Below the pieces are notes generated by a model. It saw only the letters and a list, made by a program, of their open reading frames with translations. It was not told where the DNA came from and ran no database searches. Made by a program: the position numbers and the translations under genes. This document shows, piece after piece, positions 6,962 through 14,716 of a stretch of 32,000 bases of DNA. The stretch is from positions 33,811-65,810 of the forward strand of contig JAIPHU010000005.1 in the NCBI GenBank assembly GCA_021735045.1, read 5' to 3'. Each line of letters opens with the position of its first letter. Position 1 is the stretch's first letter. The DNA comes from Candidatus Omnitrophota bacterium. GTDB lineage: Bacteria > Omnitrophota > Gorgyraeia > Duberdicusellales > 4484-171.

Positions 6962-9424
6962 TTAAACTACAATATTAATAATTTTTCCTTTGATATAAAT
7001 AATCTTTTTCGGTGGTTTACCAGCTATAATCTTTTTTATTTTATCTAGCCTTTGAGCTTTTTGAAAAACTTCTTCTTTACTCAGGCTAAAATCAATAACT
7101 ATTTTTCCTCTTACTTTTCCGTTTACTAAAATTGCAATCTCCCCTTTTTCTTTTTTTAAGAATTTTGGATTCACTTTCGGCCAGCTGCGATCAAAGATAG
7201 TCCCTTGATTACCTAAAAGGCTATTTACCTCTTCACTAATATGGGGGGTAAAGGGTGAAAGCAGTAAAAAAACAATATCTACTGCTTGCGCAAATAATTC
7301 TTTTTTTATTCCTGCCTGAATCGATTTATAGGCCTGGTTTACTAACTCCATGATTCTACTAATTGCTGTATTAAATTGAAAATTACCTTCTAGGTCTTGA
7401 GTAACTTCATAAATAGTAGAGTGGATTTTTTGCATGAGGATCTTTTCTTGTTTTGAATCAATTTCCTCTTCTTTAAAATTATTTAAATTATCCACCAGGC
7501 GTAAAGCTCTTTGCAAAAACCGCCAACTTCCCTGCAAGGCTTCGTCTTGCCAGATAGCTTCTTTTTGCGGTGGCCCCATAAATAAAATATATAAACGCAT
7601 TGTATCGGCACCATATTTATCAATTATATAATCAGGAGCAACTACATTACCTTTTGATTTAGACATCTTTGCTCCATCTTTTACAATCATGCCTTGGGTA
7701 AATAACTTAATAAACGGCTCATCAAAGTTTATTTTGCCTTGATCAGCTAAAAACTTGGTTATAAAACGTGAATACATCAGATGTAAAATCGCATGTTCAA
7801 CTCCGCCAATATATTGGTCTACAGGCAACCAGTTGTCCACATCTTCCCTAACAAAAGGCAACTGCTTATTACCGGGTGAAATATAGCGAAGATAGTACCA
7901 GCTTGAATCAACAAAAGTATCCATAGTATCTGTTTCTCTTTTTGCCTCGCCCCCGCAGCGCGGACAGTTAGTTTGGATAAATTTTTTATCTTCTGCTAAA
8001 GGAGATTTTCCAGTCGGCAAGAACTTCTCTACCTCAGGAAGCAAAACAGGTAAATCTTTTTCATCCAACGGGACCTCTCCGCAATCTTTACAATATACAA
8101 TCGGGATTGGCGCCCCCCAATATCTTTGTCGAGATACCAACCAATCTTTAAGGCGAAAATTGGTTTTTCTGGATCCAATATTTTCCTGTTCCATAAAGTC
8201 AGCTATTTTTTCTTTGGCAGCTTCAGAGCCTAATCCATTAAAATCGCCAGAATTAATCAAACCCCCTTCTCCTTCATAAACCTCTTCTTCATTTTCTTCT
8301 CCCGACGCTTCGGTCGGGACTCCCTTTGGTCGTGGGCCTTGGATAACTTTTCTAATCGGTAGTTGATATTTTTTTGCGAATTCACAATCTCTTTTATCGT
8401 GAGCTGGAACACACATTATTGCACCTGTTCCGTATCCGGAAAGTATATAGTTAGCAATCCAAATCGGTATTTTTTTACCAGTCATCGGATTAATAGCAAA
8501 CTTACGAGTAAAAATACCCTTTTTTTCAAAGTCCTGACTGTAAGCTAGAGAGGCTTCTTCTTTTTTGATCTGACTTACAAAATTTAATACTTCTTCCTTG
8601 TTCGGTAAATCTTCAATTAACTTTATTACCGCAGGATGATTGTAGTTTAGGGCTAGAAAAGAAGCGCCAAAAATTGTATCTACTCTGGTTGTAAAGCAAT
8701 CAAGGTGTTCATCTAGGCCTTCTACTGGAAATTTTATAGTTACTCCAACTGATTTTCCGATCCAATTCTTCTGCATACGCTTAACTCTTTGCGGCCATTC
8801 TTTTAGTTTATCTAGATCATCTAAGAGGCGCTGGGCATAGTCTGTTATCTTAAAAAACCATTGTTTAAGATTTCTTTGAATAACTTCATTGGAACACCTC
8901 TCACATTTTCCTTCGATTACTTGTTCATTAGCTAAAACTGTTTTACAAGACTCACACCAATTAACCGGAGCCTCCCTTCTGTAGGCTAGGCCTTTTTTGT
9001 AAAGCTGTAAAAATAACCACTGGGTCCATTGGTAATAGTTTGGAAAACAAGTAGCAATTTCTTTATCCCAATCATAACTTATCCCCCAACTCTTTAACTG
9101 CTCAGTTATTCTTTTTATATTTTTTAAAGTCCAGTTACGGGGATGAATGTTATGTTTAATCGCCTGGTTTTCAGCCGGAAGGCCAAAAGCATCCCAACCC
9201 ATAGGATTTAAAACATTAAATCCATGCATTCTTTTGTATCTAGCAACAGCATCTCCAATTATATAGTTACGGCCATGGCCAACATGAAGTTCGCTGGAAG
9301 GATAAGGAAACATCACCAAGCAATAATATTTAGGCTTTTTAAAATCTTTAATCTCTACCTTAAAAGTATTATTTTCTTGCCAAAATTTTTGCCACTTTTT
9401 ATCAATTTTCTTTGTGTATTCCAT
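6962..9424 (-). CDS. leuS: Leucyl-tRNA synthetase
   Basis: 820 aa with the HIGH motif (ELHVGHGRNY), KMSKS (AKMSKSKGN) and LeuS-type editing and zinc-finger regions. Confidence 0.97.
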   Translation of the reverse strand: MEYTKKIDKKWQKFWQENNTFKVEIKDFKKPKYYCLVMFPYPSSELHVGHGRNYIIGDAVARYKRMHGFNVLNPMGWDAFGLPAENQAIKHNIHPRNWTLKNIKRITEQLKSWGISYDWDKEIATCFPNYYQWTQWLFLQLYKKGLAYRREAPVNWCESCKTVLANEQVIEGKCERCSNEVIQRNLKQWFFKITDYAQRLLDDLDKLKEWPQRVKRMQKNWIGKSVGVTIKFPVEGLDEHLDCFTTRVDTIFGASFLALNYNHPAVIKLIEDLPNKEEVLNFVSQIKKEEASLAYSQDFEKKGIFTRKFAINPMTGKKIPIWIANYILSGYGTGAIMCVPAHDKRDCEFAKKYQLPIRKVIQGPRPKGVPTEASGEENEEEVYEGEGGLINSGDFNGLGSEAAKEKIADFMEQENIGSRKTNFRLKDWLVSRQRYWGAPIPIVYCKDCGEVPLDEKDLPVLLPEVEKFLPTGKSPLAEDKKFIQTNCPRCGGEAKRETDTMDTFVDSSWYYLRYISPGNKQLPFVREDVDNWLPVDQYIGGVEHAILHLMYSRFITKFLADQGKINFDEPFIKLFTQGMIVKDGAKMSKSKGNVVAPDYIIDKYGADTMRLYILFMGPPQKEAIWQDEALQGSWRFLQRALRLVDNLNNFKEEEIDSKQEKILMQKIHSTIYEVTQDLEGNFQFNTAISRIMELVNQAYKSIQAGIKKELFAQAVDIVFLLLSPFTPHISEEVNSLLGNQGTIFDRSWPKVNPKFLKKEKGEIAILVNGKVRGKIVIDFSLSKEEVFQKAQRLDKIKKIIAGKPPKKIIYIKGKIINIVV

Positions 9425-10268
9425 TATTTGAAAGCCTCCGAACCATTTTTAAATTTTTTAAATCATCATCTAGTTTTTCCTTGGGAGTTTCCAAGATAAA
9501 AGTTAAATTTTTTAATTTAGAATGATTTAAAATAAGACGAAATCCATCCTTACCAATATTTCCCCCTCCAATATGAAAATGACGATCTAGCTGTGAGCCT
9601 AATTCAACTTGAGTATCATTAAGATGGATTACCTTTAACTTATCTATTCCAACTTCTCGATCAATCTCTGAAATAAGCTCCTGAAGATTCTTTTTTTCAT
9701 TTATCTGATAGCCAGCCGCCCAAGCATGAGCTGTATCAAGGCAAACTCCTAAACGATTCTGCATTTTTATTTTATCAAAAATAAATTTAAAATGAGAAAA
9801 TTTATACCCTAACCAGCTCCCACTCCCAGCAGTATTTTCAATAAGAACTTTAGTTTTTACGCCTTTTGTTTTTCCTAAAATCAGGTTTAAGGCTTTAACT
9901 ATTTTTAAAAGGCCAAGCTTTTCGGTACCCTTTTTATGAGAACCCATATGAGTCACTAAGTAATCTATGCCTAACTTATCAGCCTCTATTAAATCTTTAG
10001 TAAACTCTCTTATGGTTATCTGATGAAAACTTTCTTTGACAGAAGCAAGATTAAGAAGATAAGGTGCATGAACAATAACCGGATCTATCTTTGATTTTTT
10101 TCTTTTTTCTCTAAATATCTCAATATCTTCTGGGCTTAAAGACTTTCTTCTCCATTGCCGAGGGCTGCGAGCAAATATTTGCATAGTATTGCAACCAAGC
10201 TTTTCGGCTCTTTCAATTGATCTATAAATCTTGCCAGCAATTGATACATGAACACCTAATTTTAGCAA
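9402..10268 (-). CDS. nfo: Endonuclease IV (AP endonuclease family 2)
   Basis: 288 aa. LGVHVSIAG...HAPYLLNLAS...HLND pattern of Nfo TIM-barrel enzymes. TTG start preceded by an AAGGA SD. It overlaps the leuS start by 23 nt. Confidence 0.88.
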   Translation of the reverse strand: MLKLGVHVSIAGKIYRSIERAEKLGCNTMQIFARSPRQWRRKSLSPEDIEIFREKRKKSKIDPVIVHAPYLLNLASVKESFHQITIREFTKDLIEADKLGIDYLVTHMGSHKKGTEKLGLLKIVKALNLILGKTKGVKTKVLIENTAGSGSWLGYKFSHFKFIFDKIKMQNRLGVCLDTAHAWAAGYQINEKKNLQELISEIDREVGIDKLKVIHLNDTQVELGSQLDRHFHIGGGNIGKDGFRLILNHSKLKNLTFILETPKEKLDDDLKNLKMVRRLSNNGIHKEN

Positions 10269-10311
10269 TTAAAATCCTTAATTTTATGATTTTTTAAATT
10301 ATTTTTAATTA

Positions 10312-10384
10312 TGGAGCCGGGGGGATTTGAACCCCCGACCTCAACACTGCCAGTGTTGCGTGCTCCCAACTGCACCACGGCCCC
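10312..10384 (-). tRNA. tRNA-Ala (anticodon GGC)
   Basis: The reverse complement GGGGCCGTGGTGCAGTTGGGAGCACGCAACACTGGCAGTGTTGAGGTCGGGGGTTCAAATCCCCCCGGCTCCA folds as a cloverleaf. It has the G3:U70 Ala identity pair and anticodon loop CUGGCAG. No CCA is encoded. Confidence 0.93.
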
Positions 10385-10551
10385 GTTGAAAATGCAATTA
10401 TATAGCGAATACCTTAATTTTCAACGGCACTAAGCCAAATTCCTTGGCGAAGTGCCTTAGTAACCTAAATAAGATACTTCGTCATTTCATTCCTCAGTAT
10501 CAATTCGATTAGAACTTTTTCTTCGAAAAAGCTAAATCTCATTGAATATTA
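10385..10551 (-). repeat. Conserved structured leader module, copy 1 (unclassified; putative 5' leader RNA of tRNA-Ala)
   Basis: Aligns colinearly with 19225-19388. Long blocks are identical, and the differences are confined to hairpin stems and loops. See findings. Confidence 0.85.
10397..10424 (-). promoter_or_regulatory. Proximal promoter (P2) of tRNA-Ala, nested in an 11-bp inverted repeat
   Basis: Minus strand: TTGAAA (10424-10419), 16-nt spacer, TATAAT (10402-10397). The tRNA 5' end lies about 12 nt further on. Confidence 0.6.
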
Positions 10552-10574
10552 TCATCTCCCTAAGAAATTGTCAA
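10546..10574 (-). promoter_or_regulatory. Distal promoter (P1) of leader module copy 1
   Basis: Minus strand: TTGACA (10574-10569), 17-nt spacer, TGaTAATAT with the -10 at 10551-10546. The same register is seen in copy 2. Confidence 0.55.
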
Positions 10575-10603
10575 TTGACAAAGATAAATAGCATTGTTAT
10601 ATT
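10575..10603 (+). promoter_or_regulatory. Promoter of tRNA-Leu
   Basis: TTGACA (10575-10580), 17-nt spacer, TATATT (10598-10603). The -35 is half of the palindrome TTGTCAATTGACAA, shared with the divergent P1. Confidence 0.6.
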
Positions 10604-10644
10604 AATAATTCACGACAAACTAATCATTAACTATAAGTTAACTC

Positions 10645-10730
10645 GCCGGAGTGGCGGAATGGCAGACGCGCGGGATTCAAAATCCCGTCTTCGCAAGAAG
10701 GTAAGGGTTCAAGTCCCTTCTCCGGCACCA
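10645..10730 (+). tRNA. tRNA-Leu (anticodon CAA), CCA encoded
   Basis: GCCGGAGTGGCGGAATGGCAGACGCGCGGGATTCAAAATCCCGTCTTCGCAAGAAGGTAAGGGTTCAAGTCCCTTCTCCGGCACCA. It has a long variable arm, anticodon loop UUCAAAA and a terminal CCA. Confidence 0.93.
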
Positions 10731-10778
10731 ATTTAAGCTCTTCTTTTTTAACTTATAAATTCTGTTATAATAAATGCT

Positions 10779-12716
10779 ATGGATCAATTTCAGTTAGACC
10801 CCTTCCAAAAAAAATCTATTCAGCTTACCAAGGACCAAAATTCGGTAATAGTCAGCGCTCCGACCGGATCAGGTAAAACCCTAATCGCCGAAAGGCTTAT
10901 TGAAGACTGTATCAAAAAAGAGGAAGGCATAATCTATACTGCACCAATAAAAGCCTTAAGTAACCAGAAATTTCGTGATTTTGGCAAAAAATACCCGAAT
11001 AAAGTGGGAATAGTTACCGGTGATGTCAGTATAAACAGAGATGCTCCCATTTTGATCATGACTACCGAAATTTTTAGAAATGCGATAATGGTCAACCCGC
11101 AAGAATTTAAAAGAATCAACTGGGTAATCTTTGACGAAATACATTACCTTGATGATATCGAACGCGGCACTGTCTGGGAAGAAGCAATAATATTACTTCC
11201 GCCGAATATGAAAATGTTAGCCCTCAGTGCAACTATTCCTAATTCTAGGGAGTTTTCTGGCTGGCTTAAAAAGGTTCATCGGCATCCAATAAAAGTAATA
11301 ATCGAAAATAAAAGGCCGGTACCCCTCCATTTTTTCTTTCAATGTAATAATGGAATTTTTACAACCTTTAAGAAATTAAAACAGGTGCCTTCTTTTTCTC
11401 CAAGAATCAAACATCGCTCCTACAAGGAAGAATATAGGTCAAGCCGGCCCAATCGGATAAAAACCCTGATCAAATATATTCGTAAAAATAAAGCTTACCC
11501 TTGCATCTATTTTTCTTTCTCGCGCCGCCGCTGCGAAGAGCTCGCCTACGAACTTAGCAGTTTGAGCCTTATCTCTGAAACAGAAAAAGCTAAAGTAGAT
11601 GAGTTGTTTGACCAACTAATAGAAAAATATGATACTGCTTCTTCACCTCATATAAACCATTTGAGGCCTATACTAAAAAAAGGGATTGCCTACCATCATG
11701 CCGGATTACTGCCTACTATAAAAGAAGTTATAGAACAACTATTTACAACCGGCCTGATAAAACTTATCTTTACCACAGAAACTTTCGCTCTTGGCATCAA
11801 TATGCCAGTAAAAAGTGTTGTTTTTGATTCACTAAGTAAATTTTACGGCAGATACCACCACTACCTAAAAACTCGAGACTTTTATCAGATGGCCGGCCGA
11901 GCCGGAAGAAGAGGAATAGATAAAGAAGGCTTTGTCTACAGCCGGGTTAACCCCTCTCATATTGATCAAATATCTTTAGAAAATATAATCTACGGTGGCT
12001 ACGAGCCAATCAAAAGCCAGCTAAACTCATGCTATGCAACAATCCTTAACCTTTGGGCTCATATGGCTGAAAATATCTATCAAATATATCCCAAATCTTT
12101 TCATTTCTACCAAAGCAAACCCTGGCCGCAAAAAAAGATGCTTGAGAATATAAAAAATAAAGTCCTTCTTTTACAAAAACTTGATTATATCGTAGGAAAA
12201 GAACTAAGCCCTAAGGCTCAGCTGGCATCAGGAATTTATAGTTTTGAACTAGCAATAGGAGAACTTTTCCAAGAAAACTATCTAGACAAACTAAGCCCTA
12301 AAGAACTATTTGTGCTAATCGTAGCCTTAGTACATGAACCACGTAAAGGGCAAAGGCGTCCTAAACTGGACAAAAAAACCAAAAAAATAAAAAGGGAAAC
12401 AAATAAAATAATTAGAAAAATTCAAAGGATGGAAAGAAGGTATAGGATATATCCTCCCAGTAAAAAGCTTTTTTTTCATTTAACCGAGCCAGCACAGCTC
12501 TGGTTCCAAGGAGCTCAATTTCATAAATTAATTAAAAACTCAAGAATAGACGAGGGCACTATCGTCCGGTATTTTAGAATGGCCCTTCAGGTATTAAGAC
12601 AACTGCGCAAGGCAGGCCAAATTAACCAAAAATTAAAAGATAATATCAGCTACTGTATCCAAAAAACAAAAAGAGATGTCATCGATGCCGAGAACCAGCT
12701 TCGGCAGGAAATATAA
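10779..12716 (+). CDS. Superfamily-2 DEAD/DEAH-box helicase, Ski2/HelY-like
   Basis: 645 aa with motif I APTGSGKT, motif II DEIH, motif III SAT and motif VI QMAGRAGRRG. The helical C-terminal region resembles that of Ski2-like RNA helicases. Confidence 0.8.
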   Translation: MDQFQLDPFQKKSIQLTKDQNSVIVSAPTGSGKTLIAERLIEDCIKKEEGIIYTAPIKALSNQKFRDFGKKYPNKVGIVTGDVSINRDAPILIMTTEIFRNAIMVNPQEFKRINWVIFDEIHYLDDIERGTVWEEAIILLPPNMKMLALSATIPNSREFSGWLKKVHRHPIKVIIENKRPVPLHFFFQCNNGIFTTFKKLKQVPSFSPRIKHRSYKEEYRSSRPNRIKTLIKYIRKNKAYPCIYFSFSRRRCEELAYELSSLSLISETEKAKVDELFDQLIEKYDTASSPHINHLRPILKKGIAYHHAGLLPTIKEVIEQLFTTGLIKLIFTTETFALGINMPVKSVVFDSLSKFYGRYHHYLKTRDFYQMAGRAGRRGIDKEGFVYSRVNPSHIDQISLENIIYGGYEPIKSQLNSCYATILNLWAHMAENIYQIYPKSFHFYQSKPWPQKKMLENIKNKVLLLQKLDYIVGKELSPKAQLASGIYSFELAIGELFQENYLDKLSPKELFVLIVALVHEPRKGQRRPKLDKKTKKIKRETNKIIRKIQRMERRYRIYPPSKKLFFHLTEPAQLWFQGAQFHKLIKNSRIDEGTIVRYFRMALQVLRQLRKAGQINQKLKDNISYCIQKTKRDVIDAENQLRQEI

Positions 12717-12742
12717 AAATATATAAAATTATCATATAAAAC

Positions 12743-12770
12743 TTGACAATATCAAATATATTAGTATATT
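12743..12770 (+). promoter_or_regulatory. Promoter of rpmB
   Basis: TTGACA (12743-12748), 16-nt spacer, TATATT (12765-12770). GGAGG SD before ATG at 12795. Confidence 0.55.
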
Positions 12771-12794
12771 AGTCCTTGCTAAACGGAGGAAAAA

Positions 12795-13043
12795 ATGAGC
12801 AGAAAATGTTTCGTATGTGGAAAAAAATCTATATCTGGAAACTCTATATCCCGCAAAGGTAAGGCAAAAAAACAAGGCGGGGTAGGTAAAAAAACGACCG
12901 GAATTAATAAAAGAAAGTTCCATCCCAATCTTCAGCCAAAAAAGATAATCCATGCAGGCAAGATTAAGAAAGTCTTGGTTTGTACAAAATGTCTAAAAAA
13001 AGGAAAGGTTGAAGTAGCCTCAAGCAAGCCTGCAGTCTCTTAA
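12795..13043 (+). CDS. rpmB: 50S ribosomal protein L28 (bL28)
   Basis: 82 aa. MSRKCFVCGKKSISGNSISRKGKAKK...FHPNLQ is the typical L28 pattern. Confidence 0.85.
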   Translation: MSRKCFVCGKKSISGNSISRKGKAKKQGGVGKKTTGINKRKFHPNLQPKKIIHAGKIKKVLVCTKCLKKGKVEVASSKPAVS

Positions 13044-14678
13044 CACCAATCGAGGGTTATTGTGGTAGTTATCTTTATCTAAAGAAAAAACTATATCAAA
13101 TCTTTTCCCATAGTTTATAATTTCAGCTAGATCTTTATTATACAATACAGCCTCAAAAGTTCTGTCTCCATCAGTGAGCCAAAGAGAATATCTTGATCTA
13201 ATTTTTTCGATATTTTTTCTTTTGCTTACCCCTTCAGCCAAAAAAATTGGCTTAGGATTAGCTTCTCCATAAGGGTAAAACAAGTCTAGTCCGCCGATAA
13301 GATCCAGATCAATTTGATTAAAGTTTAACTTAGCATCTATCTCTAAAGCGGGCATAAAATCTTTTGAACTAATATCTTTGCTTATAGCTAAATTTATATT
13401 TTGACGAAAAAGATCTAACTTCTCTTCTTCTAACTCCATACCTACAGCCTTTTTGTGGCCACCATAAGAAGTTAAAGAAGTTGAACATTTATCTAACATA
13501 TCCATCAGATGAACCCCTTCTACAGAACGCCCGGAGCCCTTAGCTACTCCTTGATCAAAAGAAACCACAATAGACGGCCTACGGTACCTATCTTTAAGCC
13601 GAGAAGCTACAATACCTAAAACTCCAGGATGCCAGCCTTTACTGCCAACAACTAAAGCATGTTCACCACAGAGGTCAGTTTTTACTCTTTCTTCAGCTTC
13701 TTTTAAAATCTGATTTTGAATATTTTTTCTTAATTTATTATGTTCATTAAGCTTTAAGGCGATTTTTTCAGCCTTTTTAATATTATCTGCTAAAAAAAGT
13801 TCCAAGGCATCGTTAGCGTGAGCTATACGCCCGGAAGCATTGATCCTTGGCCCCAAAATATAACCAATATGAAAATTACTTATATTCCTCTGTTTTATTT
13901 TTGCCACCTGGCACAAAGCCTTTATCGCAGGCCGCTTACTTGTCTTTAGGCGGTTGATACCTTCCTTAAGTAAAATCCGGTTTTCCCCTAAAAGCGGTGC
14001 AATATCACATACTATCGAAAGAGCTACTAAATCTAATACCTGATAACAATCTTTTTTTTCGATAAATTGAATAAGTTTAAAAGCTAAAGCTGCTGCAGTT
14101 AAATTAGAAAAAGGATATTTTGAATTTTTTATTTTTGGATTTACTAACGCTATTGGTTTAGGCATTTTGTCTTGAGGCAGATGATGATCTACTACTATTA
14201 CATCTATGCCTAAATCTTGAGCGTATTTTACTTCCTGACAAGAGTTGGTTCCGCAATCAAAAGCAACAATCAGATCTTTCTTTTGTTTTTCAGCAACATC
14301 AACTACTTCTTTACTTAATCCATAGCCTTCTTTAACACGGTCTGGTATATAAAAAGTAAAAATATCAGGATAGTTTTTACTAAACTCATTGAATACGGCC
14401 AAAGAAGTTATGCCGTCAACATCATAGTCTCCTAAAACCATCACTTTTTCTTTTTTAGATATTGCCTGCTCTATTCTTTTTTTTGCCTTATTGATACCAG
14501 GCAACAACTTTGCTGAAAAGAGATTATCTAGGCAGGGGTAAAAAAAAGGAGCAACTTGATCTTCTCCAATTCCACGGGCTAAAGCGATATCTATCAAAAG
14601 AGGATTTATCTTAAGCTTAGTTGATATTTCTTTGCTTTTTTTGGGGACATCTTTTATTTTCCAACGCTGTCTTTTCAT
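13020..14678 (-). CDS. recJ: Single-stranded-DNA-specific exonuclease RecJ
   Basis: 552 aa with DHH-family motifs DYDVDG, VVDHH and GGHKKA (DHHA1). Confidence 0.92.
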   Translation of the reverse strand: MKRQRWKIKDVPKKSKEISTKLKINPLLIDIALARGIGEDQVAPFFYPCLDNLFSAKLLPGINKAKKRIEQAISKKEKVMVLGDYDVDGITSLAVFNEFSKNYPDIFTFYIPDRVKEGYGLSKEVVDVAEKQKKDLIVAFDCGTNSCQEVKYAQDLGIDVIVVDHHLPQDKMPKPIALVNPKIKNSKYPFSNLTAAALAFKLIQFIEKKDCYQVLDLVALSIVCDIAPLLGENRILLKEGINRLKTSKRPAIKALCQVAKIKQRNISNFHIGYILGPRINASGRIAHANDALELFLADNIKKAEKIALKLNEHNKLRKNIQNQILKEAEERVKTDLCGEHALVVGSKGWHPGVLGIVASRLKDRYRRPSIVVSFDQGVAKGSGRSVEGVHLMDMLDKCSTSLTSYGGHKKAVGMELEEEKLDLFRQNINLAISKDISSKDFMPALEIDAKLNFNQIDLDLIGGLDLFYPYGEANPKPIFLAEGVSKRKNIEKIRSRYSLWLTDGDRTFEAVLYNKDLAEIINYGKRFDIVFSLDKDNYHNNPRLVLRDCRLA

Positions 14679-14716
14679 GGTTTAATCTATTTGCTTCTAT
14701 TTTTTAGTTGATAAGG

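Noticed and set aside
10385-10551. T-box riboswitch, because aaRS genes leuS and argS lie downstream of the two copies
   Set aside because: There is no T-box sequence (..GGUGGUACCGCG..), no specifier-loop or AG-bulge architecture, and no terminator/antiterminator pair with a U tract. The element directly precedes tRNA genes, not the aaRS genes.
10385-10551. Integrative-element att site or MITE at tRNA genes
   Set aside because: The copies lie at the 5' (promoter) side of the tRNAs, not the 3' end used by integrases. There are no terminal inverted repeats or target-site duplications. The substitution pattern preserves hairpins.
10542-10736. 64-aa plus-strand ORF
   Set aside because: It covers the promoter and all of tRNA-Leu(CAA) and has no SD.
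12732-12953. 73-aa minus-strand ORF
   Set aside because: It is antisense to rpmB, whose identity is clear.
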